A DNA stretch of 24,000 nt from positions 1 through 24,000 of the forward strand of contig DQVM01000076.1 in assembly GCA_015661775.1 (NCBI GenBank), read 5' to 3'. Shown one piece after another: positions 1 to 7,945 of the stretch (the first letter of the stretch is position 1; every line of letters starts with the position of its first letter). The stretch is from Candidatus Caldarchaeum subterraneum (GTDB taxonomy: Archaea > Thermoproteota > Nitrososphaeria_A > Caldarchaeales > Caldarchaeaceae). The notes under the pieces were generated by a model. It did no database searches. It saw only the letters and a list, made by a program, of their open reading frames with translations, and was not told the DNA's origin. The translations under genes were made by a program, and so were the position numbers.

Positions 1-264
1 ATAAACTCCAAGAGTCAACGGGTATGGTGATTTAGTTATGTATCTCTGCATGTTTCGGGTAGCTAGTGGGGATACTTGTATAAGATGGGGAGAGGTATTG
101 TTGATGGATAGCATCTTCTTTGCTATAGTATTCGTTATCCATCCGCTGTAGTTTGTCAGGGTTATTGGATTAGATACTCTAATTCGGTACTTGAAGCGTA
201 GCAGCAACGGCCTATTACCGGCTCTCTCTAAGATAGCTGGCCTGAAGTTATTTAACCCATCCAT
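1..264 (-). CDS. Hypothetical protein, N-terminal 88 codons only (continues past the left edge); weak resemblance to the N-terminus of Cas6/RAMP-type proteins
   Basis: My own minus-strand translation. This phase is open from 318 to position 1, while the other two minus phases each carry about ten stops over the same AT-rich stretch. The first start is ATG at 264-262. A TTTTATGA TATA-like box at 300-293 lies about 30 nt upstream, which fits a leaderless transcript. The product begins MDGLNNFRPAILERAGNRPLLLRFKYRIRVSNPITLTNYSGWITNTIAKKMLSINNTSPHLIQVSPLATRNMQRYITKSPYPLTLGVY. It is missing from the supplied ORF track because the edge truncates it. Confidence 0.45.
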   Translation of the reverse strand, partial: MDGLNNFRPAILERAGNRPLLLRFKYRIRVSNPITLTNYSGWITNTIAKKMLSINNTSPHLIQVSPLATRNMQRYITKSPYPLTLGVY

Positions 265-421
265 TATTATATCATAGAATAGTGAATCTCTATCATAAAA
301 GTGTGGAGATTGAGAGGGTTATACGATGATTAGAGAAGGGGATTTATATCCGGCTTGTTGACATGATAGGCTTATCAGAAAAATAAATAAACATTTACTG
401 TGTTTTATTGTTTTAGGTATA
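265..421. promoter_or_regulatory. Divergent promoter region between the left-edge ORF and the CARF gene
   Basis: A 157-nt AT-rich spacer. The TATA-like box TTTTATGA (minus strand, 300-293) is about 30 nt from ATG 264. The box AAATAAATAAA (plus strand, 381-391) is about 35 nt from ATG 422. No Shine-Dalgarno motif precedes either start, so both transcripts are probably leaderless. Confidence 0.4.
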
Positions 422-1384
422 ATGGGCGTATACCACTTAGCCGGTTTAGGCACTTCACCCGGTGCAGTATCCTCACCATTAACAATAATTTACTTACTTC
501 TGAAAGCTGCTGAGGATGGTGATGATAGAGCAAGGGAATTCTTCAAACACTCCGGGGAGCAGGGGCAAGAACTAAAAGGTGCTCCAGAGTATCTGATTTT
601 GTTTACCAGCGAGCAGATACTAAATGAGCAGGCAAAATCCCAGCAGGAGATAAGGAGTAAAATTTTTCCTAACAAAAAATTCGGTACTTCACCATTAAAA
701 GTTCTGGTAAACTATCTGAAGAACTTGACGGATAAACTGGAGCTGGATAACATATACAACAACCTCTGGATAAAAGGAATATACGCAATAAAGGTTGAAT
801 ACATGGATTTTCAGGACTGCTATCGGAAGATTAATACTGTGTTAAACGCGTGTAGGGATAAGGAGTGTTGGGTGAACGTTCAGGCGGGTTCTAACCAAAT
901 AACCTCCTCACTAGCAATCTCAGCCTCCATAAACCTAGTTGCGGGAAAATACTACTATGTAAAGCAGACTGATACAAGATATCTAGACCCACCCAACCTA
1001 ACTCCATCAGTATTAAACACTCCTAGGAAATACGTCAATGAAATACTAAACTCATGGGGAGAGTTAACCATATTCGGCCTAGGAATTAATAGGATAATAG
1101 AGGATGTTGAACAACTCTTTAAAAATAAAGAAAAGGTGAATCGCTCAGAAATAAGAAATATACTCGACGAGCATGGGTTAAGCGGGGTAGCCCTAAACAA
1201 GCTGAGGCCATACCTAATCATGGAAGGGGAGACGGTGAGTAAATCGGAGAGATTCAACGAACTAAAATACCTAGTAGAGACAAAGATATCCGGCATCAAC
1301 AACGTATCTGAGATGCAGAGGAAAATGAAAGAACATGGAATGCTCTATGAGATAGGCCCTGAGACTGGCGAAGTGGAGAGCTAG
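422..1384 (+). CDS. CARF-domain protein (cyclic-oligoadenylate-sensor-type Rossmann-like domain) with a roughly 130-aa C-terminal helical domain, either Csa3-like wHTH or a minimal HEPN
   Basis: A 320-aa ORF with an ATG start. The N-terminal strand-loop HLAGLGTSPGAVSSPL and the later VNVQAGSNQITSSLAISA correspond to the two ligand-binding loops of Csm6/Csx1-type CARF domains (the LGTSPE and T-G-T-K-x-M-S type motifs). In the C-terminus, VNRSEIRNILDEHGLSGVALNKLRPYLIMEGETVSKS reads as a helix-turn-helix plus wing. It also contains R245-N-I-L-D-E-H251-G, which satisfies the HEPN R-x(4-6)-H pattern. Confidence 0.6.
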   Translation: MGVYHLAGLGTSPGAVSSPLTIIYLLLKAAEDGDDRAREFFKHSGEQGQELKGAPEYLILFTSEQILNEQAKSQQEIRSKIFPNKKFGTSPLKVLVNYLKNLTDKLELDNIYNNLWIKGIYAIKVEYMDFQDCYRKINTVLNACRDKECWVNVQAGSNQITSSLAISASINLVAGKYYYVKQTDTRYLDPPNLTPSVLNTPRKYVNEILNSWGELTIFGLGINRIIEDVEQLFKNKEKVNRSEIRNILDEHGLSGVALNKLRPYLIMEGETVSKSERFNELKYLVETKISGINNVSEMQRKMKEHGMLYEIGPETGEVES

Positions 1385-1488
1385 TTTTAGAAGCTATTCA
1401 TATCCTAGGGGTATCTATAAATCCTATGCTCCTGCTTAGAATATTCAATACGCGTATTTTCCTCTGTTCTTATTCTGGGACTTGAGGT

Positions 1489-1914
1489 TTAGGTTAGTAG
1501 GTTTTCGTGTAGGGTTAGCCTGCCTTCGTCGTTTTCTGCTATCAGCTGGTGTTTCTTTAGGGTTGATATCGCTTGCTTGAACGGGCCGCTATCTTTTGAG
1601 TATCTGAGCTGGGCCGCTATCTCCGCTCTTGTAAACTGTAGAGGATGTTTTTCAGCAAGCAACTTAAGTATTCTGCCTTCGCATGTTCTTCCTATCTTCC
1701 TAATCCAATCCTCCACCAGCTCCATGTTAGGCTTGGAGCCTGCTTTAGTTCTTTGAAAAGCCTGTATGGCCTGGTTTCTGCGTGTATCTTGGAGGGCTGC
1801 TGTAAGCTCCGCCAGTCTCCTGTCAAGCACATTAGCCAGTTTTTCTATTGCTTGGGCCAGTTTAGCAACTTCACTGGCTTCTGCTTCTTGCTGGTTTTCG
1901 TTTAGCTGTTCCAT
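1489..1914 (-). CDS. Small coiled-coil plus winged-helix DNA-binding protein (putative transcription regulator), 141 aa
   Basis: I prefer the internal ATG at 1914-1912 (MEQLNENQQEAE...). It is preceded by GGAGGAGGG 6-14 nt upstream. The 57-aa extension back to 2085 is low-complexity and runs through the AT-rich promoter and into the pstS start. The N-terminal half (AKLAQAIEKLANVLDRRLAELTAALQD) has heptad-like helical character. The C-terminal GRILKLLAEKHPLQFTRAEIAAQLRYSKDSGPFKQAISTLKKHQLIAENDEGRLTLHENL has a typical wHTH pattern. Confidence 0.6.
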   Translation of the reverse strand: MEQLNENQQEAEASEVAKLAQAIEKLANVLDRRLAELTAALQDTRRNQAIQAFQRTKAGSKPNMELVEDWIRKIGRTCEGRILKLLAEKHPLQFTRAEIAAQLRYSKDSGPFKQAISTLKKHQLIAENDEGRLTLHENLLT

Positions 1915-2057
1915 ACTTCTCCCTCCTCCTTTATAACCGTGTGAGTGAATTCTTTTTAGTTTTCCCTGACCGGGGTTTTCTATATAGTGTATTTTGGTCA
2001 ATATATAAAAAATTGTTAATGTATATATTATCAGGTTAATCCAGTCCGTTGAATGGG
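1915..2057. promoter_or_regulatory. Divergent promoter region between the wHTH gene and pstS
   Basis: A 143-nt spacer with several TATA-like boxes: ATATATAAAAAA at 2002-2013, GTATATATTA at 2021-2030 about 30 nt before ATG 2058, and on the minus strand ACTAAAAAGAA about 40 nt before ATG 1914. Confidence 0.4.
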
Positions 2058-3101
2058 ATGAGAAGGAATAAAGCCCTTTCGTCAACCACCGTAGCTGCGT
2101 CGCTGTTGGTTTTGACGGTGGGGTTTATCTCTGGTTATATGTTAGCTACCTCCCTCTCGCAGGGTCAGGTAGTTACTATTACTGTAACTGCCCAGACACC
2201 TGACGGCTTTACCGTAACACCCCAAGAGCTTAGGGGGGATATCATAATAGACGGCTCCAGCACGGTGTATCCCATAACCGAGGCGGTGGCTGAGGCGTTT
2301 ATGGAGCTGTTCCCTGATGTTAGCGTAACTGTTGGTATTTCAGGTACGGGGGGAGGGTTTAAACGCTTCGTAACAGGCGAGAGTGACGTAAACGACGCTT
2401 CAAGGAGGATAGAGGAGCTGGAGATGGAGATAGCGAGGGAAAACGGCGTTGAGTGGATTGAGATCCCCATAGCTATAGATGGGTTGACCGTTGCTGTTAA
2501 CATGGCTAACGACTGGGTGGATTGCCTCACTATTGAGGAGCTTAAAGCTATATGGGAGCCGGGTAGCGGGGTGAGGAGGTGGAGTGATGTTAGGCCTGAG
2601 TGGCCTGATGCTGAGATAAGGCTCTACGGCCCCGGACCAGACTCCGGGACATTTGACTTCTTCACAGCTAAGGTTGTAGGCAGGGAGAAGGCTAGTAGAA
2701 CAGATTACGTAGCCAGCGAAGATGATAATGTGCTGGTCGCTGGATTGGAGGCTGAGAAATACGCATTAGGCTATTTCGGATACGCATACTACGTTGAGAA
2801 TAGAGATAGGATAAGAGCAGTCCCAATAAACGCAGACGGCGAATGCGTAGAGCCGAGCGACGAGACGATAAAGAGCTTCCAGTATCCTCTCTCCAGGCCC
2901 ATCTTCATATACGTTAACAAGGAGTATTTTGAGCAGAAACCCCACCTGCAGAGGTTCGTCTATTTTTATTTAGAAAAAGCTGAAGGGTTTGTTGAGCAGG
3001 TAGGCTACACGCCGTTCTCAGAGCTATACTACAGGAGGGCCGTGGCATTAATCAAGGAGGGTGTGTACGACAGGTTACTGGATATAGCTTTAATACCGTA
3101 G
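2058..3101 (+). CDS. pstS: Phosphate ABC transporter substrate-binding protein PstS, membrane-anchored
   Basis: PstS/PBP-like motifs are present: IIIDGSSTVYPITEAVAEAF, GISGTGGGFKRF, and NDASRRI followed by IPIAIDGLTVAVN. The N-terminus has a hydrophobic anchor (ALSSTTVAASLLVLTVGFISGYML) and a Thr/Val-rich stalk (VVTITVTAQTPDGFTVTPQ). I prefer ATG at 2058 over the ORF-track start at 2049, which is a TTG. Confidence 0.9.
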   Translation: MRRNKALSSTTVAASLLVLTVGFISGYMLATSLSQGQVVTITVTAQTPDGFTVTPQELRGDIIIDGSSTVYPITEAVAEAFMELFPDVSVTVGISGTGGGFKRFVTGESDVNDASRRIEELEMEIARENGVEWIEIPIAIDGLTVAVNMANDWVDCLTIEELKAIWEPGSGVRRWSDVRPEWPDAEIRLYGPGPDSGTFDFFTAKVVGREKASRTDYVASEDDNVLVAGLEAEKYALGYFGYAYYVENRDRIRAVPINADGECVEPSDETIKSFQYPLSRPIFIYVNKEYFEQKPHLQRFVYFYLEKAEGFVEQVGYTPFSELYYRRAVALIKEGVYDRLLDIALIP

Positions 3102-3141
3102 CCTATGACAGCCTCCGGGAGTTTCGTGGAGGCGGGAGTAT

Positions 3142-4026
3142 ATGCAGGTTCCTAGGGCTGAGAAGATTGTGGGCTCAGTCCTTCTGGCGGCCTCCCTCCT
3201 AACGATAATAGCATTAATACTGATAATAGAGACCCTAGTCTACGAGTCCCTTTTCTTCTTCTCCAGAGTCTCTATCTTCGAGTTTCTCTTCGGCGTGGAG
3301 TGGACGGTTTTGTTTCTTGATAAGAAGTTCGGCGTTGTTCCTCTTTTAGCGGGTACGTTTCTTACCTCCTCCATAGCTATTCTGCTGGCTTCAACGATAG
3401 GGCTTGGCTCCGCTGTTTACTTAAGCGAATACGCCTCTCCTAGGGTGCGTTCAGTAGTTAAGCCGCTTCTTGAGATATTGGCTGGTATACCTACCGTGGT
3501 CTACGGCTACTTCGCCATATACACTATAACGCCGCTTCTGAAGTCTAGTGTTTTCCCTGACATTAGTTTCTACAACGCGTTATCGGCTGGAATAGCTATG
3601 GGGGTTATGATAATTCCTACGGTAGCGTCGTTGAGCGAGGACTCTTTATACGCCGTCCCTGAGACGTTAAAACACGCAGCCTACTCCCTAGGTGCTAAGA
3701 AGATACAGGTAGTCTTTAGGGTCGTCATACCAGCGGCCCTCTCCGGTATCGTGGCTTCGTTCATTCTTGGGCTAGCGCGGGCGGTTGGGGAGACGATGAT
3801 AGTAGCAATAGCTGCTGGTTTCAGGCCCGTCCTCACCCTAAACCCACTAGAAGCTATACAAACCATGACCGCTTTCATAGCTCAGGTATCTACAGGCGAG
3901 GCGCCTCACGGGACGGTGGAGTACCAGTCTATATTTGCTGTTGGCCTCTATCTTTTCACGTTGGTTATGCTGCTTAACCTGATTGGGAACTACGTCGTCA
4001 GACGCTGGGGGGTTAGGGTATCATGA
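3142..4026 (+). CDS. pstC: Phosphate ABC transporter permease PstC
   Basis: A polytopic membrane protein with an EAA-type loop (LKHAAYSLGAKKIQVVFRVVIPAALSG) and a GGAGG-like motif upstream of the ATG. It sits between pstS and pstA. Its stop overlaps the pstA start as ATGA. Confidence 0.9.
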   Translation: MQVPRAEKIVGSVLLAASLLTIIALILIIETLVYESLFFFSRVSIFEFLFGVEWTVLFLDKKFGVVPLLAGTFLTSSIAILLASTIGLGSAVYLSEYASPRVRSVVKPLLEILAGIPTVVYGYFAIYTITPLLKSSVFPDISFYNALSAGIAMGVMIIPTVASLSEDSLYAVPETLKHAAYSLGAKKIQVVFRVVIPAALSGIVASFILGLARAVGETMIVAIAAGFRPVLTLNPLEAIQTMTAFIAQVSTGEAPHGTVEYQSIFAVGLYLFTLVMLLNLIGNYVVRRWGVRVS

Positions 4027-4874
4027 GCCGCGTATTCTTAATGCTGGATAAAATTATTCACTATATTCTTCTTTTTGGAATCTCAATAGGCGTTCTTATG
4101 CTTTCCCTGCTGCTGGTTACTGTGGTTACCGACGGATGGGGGAGGCTGTCTCTCGGGTTTCTCACCAATCCGCCGTCGGCTAACCCCGATAAGGCTGGGA
4201 TAGCCCCTGCTTTCTGGGGCTCTGTCTGGGTTGTGGGGCTGGCCGCTTTAATATCCCTCCCCCTAGGCATAGCTACTGCGCTTTACTTGACTGAATTCTC
4301 CCGCCACGAGAGGCTGAATAAGATAATCTACTTTAACATAACCAACCTGGCGGGCGTCCCCTCGGTGGTCTACGGCCTGGTGGGGTTGAGTTTCCTAACC
4401 TACACCTTAGGCTTGGGCCGTTCAGTTATAGCGGGGGCTATTACCCTAGCCTTCCTAATCCTCCCAGTGATAATCGTAGCGTCTATAGAGGCGATAAAGG
4501 CCGTGCCTGAGCTGCATAAGCTTGGAGCATACGCGTTAGGCGCCAACAAGCTGCAGGTGATAGCGCGTGTCATTCTCCCCCAATCTCTTCCGGGGGCGTT
4601 GACTGGGGGGATACTGGCTGTCTCAAGGGCGTTGGGCGAGGCTGCTCCCCTCCTAGTCATAAGCGGCCTTCTATTCACTAGAAAAACCCCAGCAGGCCTG
4701 TTAGACCAGTTTACAGTCCTCCCCCTGCAGATCTTCAACTGGGTAAGCAGGCCTCAAACGGCGTTCAGGGAATTATCGGCGGCAGCTATAATAGTTCTCC
4801 TAATACTATTACTTTTGATGAACATGTCGGCTGTTATCCTGAGGAACAGGCTGCAGAGACGGGTGGTTGAGTAG
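4023..4874 (+). CDS. pstA: Phosphate ABC transporter permease PstA
   Basis: A polytopic membrane protein with the EAA loop HKLGAYALGANKLQVIARVILPQSLPG. It overlaps pstC by 4 nt, and pstB starts immediately after its stop. Confidence 0.9.
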   Translation: MSRVFLMLDKIIHYILLFGISIGVLMLSLLLVTVVTDGWGRLSLGFLTNPPSANPDKAGIAPAFWGSVWVVGLAALISLPLGIATALYLTEFSRHERLNKIIYFNITNLAGVPSVVYGLVGLSFLTYTLGLGRSVIAGAITLAFLILPVIIVASIEAIKAVPELHKLGAYALGANKLQVIARVILPQSLPGALTGGILAVSRALGEAAPLLVISGLLFTRKTPAGLLDQFTVLPLQIFNWVSRPQTAFRELSAAAIIVLLILLLLMNMSAVILRNRLQRRVVE

Positions 4875-5684
4875 ATGACCAGCAAAATAGAGGAGATTGA
4901 CACATACTATAATATAGGATACGTTATTACTACACTAGACCTATCTGTGAAATATGGAGGAAGATACGCTATTAAGGATATTAACATCAACATACCCCGC
5001 AACAGCATAACAGCCATAATAGGCCCCAGCGGCAGCGGCAAGACCACCTTCCTACGCTGCCTAAATAGGATGAACGACCTGATAAGTAAAGCTAAGGTGG
5101 AGGGGAGGGTTCTCTTCAACGGCAAGAACATCTACGACCCTGACGTAGACCCTTATCAGATAAGGGCTAGGATAGGGATGGTTTTCCAGAAGCCCAACCC
5201 CTTCCCCAAGAGCATATTCGAGAACGTAGCATTCGGCCTGAGGATAAACGGTGTTAAGAACAGGGAGGAGATTGAGAGACGGGTGAAGCACGCCCTCACC
5301 CAAGCCGCTTTATGGGACGAGGTTAAAGACAGGCTAAACCACAACGCCTACGAGCTTTCAGGAGGGCAGCAGCAGAGGCTATGCATAGCAAGGGCATTAG
5401 CCGTAGAGCCTGAGGTCCTGCTGATGGACGAGCCGGCTGCATCTCTAGACCCTATAGCAACAGCACGTATAGAGGAGCTGATGATACGCCTAAAAGAAAG
5501 ATACACGATAATAATCGTAACCCACAACATGCAGCAGGCCGCTAGGGTAGCTGACTACACCGCCGTTATGATGCCCGACGAGGATGGAGTGGGCAAATTA
5601 GTCGAATTCGGAACAACGAGGGAGATATTCACGAATCCCAAGAGTAAGAAGACTGAGGATTACGTAAGAGGTAGGATAGGGTGA
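4875..5684 (+). CDS. pstB: Phosphate ABC transporter ATP-binding protein PstB
   Basis: Walker [10 protein letters not shown], the PstB-typical [25 protein letters not shown], the signature [15 protein letters not shown], Walker B LLMDEPASLD, and the H-loop VTHNMQQA. Confidence 0.95.
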   Translation: MTSKIEEIDTYYNIGYVITTLDLSVKYGGRYAIKDININIPRNSITAIIGPSGSGKTTFLRCLNRMNDLISKAKVEGRVLFNGKNIYDPDVDPYQIRARIGMVFQKPNPFPKSIFENVAFGLRINGVKNREEIERRVKHALTQAALWDEVKDRLNHNAYELSGGQQQRLCIARALAVEPEVLLMDEPAASLDPIATARIEELMIRLKERYTIIIVTHNMQQAARVADYTAVMMPDEDGVGKLVEFGTTREIFTNPKSKKTEDYVRGRIG

Positions 5685-6322
5685 TTGGTGTGAGGCTCCT
5701 CGACATAGGTATAGAGAGGCTTTCTAACATGATACTCGACATGGCGCAGATAAGCGAGAAAGCGGTTGAGATAGCTGTGGAGAGTTATGTTGAGGGTGTG
5801 GATAAGAGGGAGGAGGTCTTCAACCTCTCCCAGCAGCTCAGATGGTATCAAGACGAGGTGGCGGAGCTGGCTGTCGAGATAATAGCACGATACCAACCCG
5901 TAGCAAGCGACCTACGGTTCATACGCTCATGCATGGAGATATCCTACGGATTCTCCCGCTTCGGTAGGTACGCATACGACATAACCCAAGTCCAGACAAC
6001 CTTCGGCAGCCTAAAAGAATGCGATACAGCGAAAATCCAACAAGTAGGAGAAACAGTAAAAGAGATGATACGCCTAAGCGTAAAAGCCTTCAAAGAAAGA
6101 AACGTAGAGCTAGCCAATCAACTTGAGAAAATGGACGACGAAGTAGACAACGCATACGTAGAGCATGTAAGTAGAGCGTTAAACGACCAGAGAACCAGCA
6201 AAAGATGCGACATGGCTACAACGCTAATCCTGAGATACTTAGAGAGAATAGCTGACCACGCAACCTACATAGGGGAGTCGGTCCACTACATAGTAACAGG
6301 CGAGAGAACACCAAGAAAATAA
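5681..6322 (+). CDS. phoU: Phosphate uptake regulator PhoU
   Basis: A 213-aa all-helical protein with two PhoU-type repeats (the second contains [15 protein letters not shown]). Its GTG start overlaps the pstB stop as GTGA. It occupies the terminal position of the pst operon. Confidence 0.85.
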   Translation: MIGVRLLDIGIERLSNMILDMAQISEKAVEIAVESYVEGVDKREEVFNLSQQLRWYQDEVAELAVEIIARYQPVASDLRFIRSCMEISYGFSRFGRYAYDITQVQTTFGSLKECDTAKIQQVGETVKEMIRLSVKAFKERNVELANQLEKMDDEVDNAYVEHVSRALNDQRTSKRCDMATTLILRYLERIADHATYIGESVHYIVTGERTPRK

Positions 6323-6526
6323 GATGAAACGAAACTATGCTTTGAAACTAGGAAAAGACCGCCTAAGCATCTTTATCCTAGTTATTACATGTAACTCGGC
6401 AAGGGGCATAGTATTAGAAAAAGCCCCCGCGCCGCTTAGTAGGCTTATAGCTGCAGTATTATTCCCATAAGCCTCCTCTATGCTTAAATAATTTGGTTAA
6501 TGCTGTGATGAACGTCGGTGTAATGT

Positions 6527-7891
6527 ATGAGTAGCGATTCCTACTATGAGGAGTTTTCTGCTAAGACCAGGGGATCGGCTGAGCTTTACGGCAAGGCGGT
6601 AAACTTAACTCCTTATGGGGTGCATAGTAATTGGCGTATCTTCGAGCCTTATCCGTTGTTTATGAAGCGCGGAAGGGGGTCTAGGATTTGGGATGTGGAT
6701 GGCAACGAGTATATCGACTATAACATGGCCTTCGGCGCTCTTGGGATTGGGCATTCGCATCCTGTTTTGGTTGAGGAGATGAAGAGGGTTATAGAGGATG
6801 GGACTATCTTCGGCTTTGAGGCTGAGAACTCCGTTAAGGTTGCTGAGGTACTTACAAGTAGGTATGGTTATGATATGGTGCGGTTCTCCACCACCGGGTT
6901 GGAGGCCACCCTCCTAGCTGTAAGGCTTGCTAGGGCCTTCACAGGCAGGAAGAAGATTCTAAAGTTCGAAGGCTGTTTCCACGGGACGCATGAGCCTCTA
7001 ATGGTAAGCGTGAAGCCCAGCGTATATAGAGCAGGCCATGTAAAGACCCCCAACCCTGTTCCAGCAAGCCTAGGAATGCCTGAGGAGTTCACCAATCTAG
7101 TTATAGCAGCGCCTTACGGCGACCTAGAGGCTACTGAGAAGATTATGCAGAGACAAGGTAACGAGGTGGCTGGGATTATATTGGAGCCTATAGCTATGAA
7201 CATGGGAGTGGTCATACCCAGCCTAGGTTTCCTACGGGGGTTAAGAGACCTAGCCGACGAGTATAACTGCGTCCTGATATTCGACGAGGTTAAGACGAGT
7301 GGAAAGTTCTACAGGGGTGTTCAGGAGTGGTGTGGGGTGAGGGGTGATATAATGGTTGTAGCCAAGTCGATAGCAGGAGGCTACCCCTTCTCAGCCGTCT
7401 TATCCAGAAGGGAGATATTCGAGGTCGTAGGCCCCAACAAAACAGCCCACGGAGGAACTTTCAACTCCAACCCCCTCTCAGTAACAGCATCATACATAAC
7501 CCTAACCAAGATACTCACGGAGGAGAACCTTAAACACTCCCAGCAGCTAAGCAGAGAACTAGCGAAGGGATACGATGATATACTAAGCGACGCTGGGCTG
7601 GAGTATAACATATCCCACATAGCAACAAGCGGCACGATATACTTCACCAGTAGAAAAATAAACAACTGGAGGGAATTTGTCAAGTACAACAACTTCGGCA
7701 GGTGGTATGCATGGGTTATGGCTATGCTGAGAAGAGGAATAATACCACAGGCTCTTGGCTACGATGAGCAGTGGACGGTCTCAATCCAACATAGCAGGGA
7801 GGATATCGACAAGACGCTTGAAGCCATGAAAGAGGCGGTTAAGGAAATTAAAGACATTTCCAAACAACTTGCAGTAGAGGAGGTTCTCTAG
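6527..7891 (+). CDS. Class-III PLP-dependent aminotransferase, glutamate-1-semialdehyde aminomutase (HemL)-like subgroup, substrate unknown
   Basis: The layout parallels HemL: RGRGSRIWDVDGNEYIDY, STTGLEATLLAVRLARAFTGR, LIFDEVKTSGKF (HemL has DEVMTGFR), AKSIAGGYP (HemL has GKIIGGG, holding the catalytic Lys), and GGTFNSNP. ATG start, with the TATA-like box TTAAATAATTT at 6484-6494. Confidence 0.8.
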   Translation: MSSDSYYEEFSAKTRGSAELYGKAVNLTPYGVHSNWRIFEPYPLFMKRGRGSRIWDVDGNEYIDYNMAFGALGIGHSHPVLVEEMKRVIEDGTIFGFEAENSVKVAEVLTSRYGYDMVRFSTTGLEATLLAVRLARAFTGRKKILKFEGCFHGTHEPLMVSVKPSVYRAGHVKTPNPVPASLGMPEEFTNLVIAAPYGDLEATEKIMQRQGNEVAGIILEPIAMNMGVVIPSLGFLRGLRDLADEYNCVLIFDEVKTSGKFYRGVQEWCGVRGDIMVVAKSIAGGYPFSAVLSRREIFEVVGPNKTAHGGTFNSNPLSVTASYITLTKILTEENLKHSQQLSRELAKGYDDILSDAGLEYNISHIATSGTIYFTSRKINNWREFVKYNNFGRWYAWVMAMLRRGIIPQALGYDEQWTVSIQHSREDIDKTLEAMKEAVKEIKDISKQLAVEEVL

Positions 7892-7945
7892 CTTATCATC
7901 TCTTAAAATATTTATGAAAACCCCATCCTTACTGGGTTGGAGAGA
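7892..7945 (+). promoter_or_regulatory. Possible internal promoter and ribosome-binding region upstream of the potA-like gene
   Basis: The TATA-like box TTAAAATATTTAT at 7903-7915 lies about 35 nt before ATG 7946. GGAG sits 4-7 nt upstream of that ATG. Read-through from the aminotransferase gene cannot be excluded. Confidence 0.35.

Noticed and set aside
1154-1174. Treating R245-x5-H251 in the CARF protein as proof of a HEPN RNase
   Set aside because: I did not adopt it as a call. R-x(4-6)-H occurs often by chance, and the surrounding sequence fits a winged helix at least as well. It is kept only as an explicit alternative in the finding.
1915-2085. N-terminal 57-aa extension of the 198-aa minus-strand ORF (MTKGLYSFSSHSTDWINLIIYTLTIFYILTK...)
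   Set aside because: It is low-complexity and hydrophobic. It is encoded by the AT-rich divergent promoter and overlaps the pstS start. The internal ATG at 1914 has a strong GGAGG motif upstream and gives a compact coiled-coil/wHTH protein.
6505-6582. Perfect C-box-like GTGATGA at 6505-6511 with a CTGA at 6579-6582, a possible C/D-box sRNA
   Set aside because: The spacing of about 78 nt is too long for an archaeal C/D sRNA. No internal C-prime/D-prime pair or terminal stem is visible, and the element would straddle the aminotransferase start codon. It is most likely chance.
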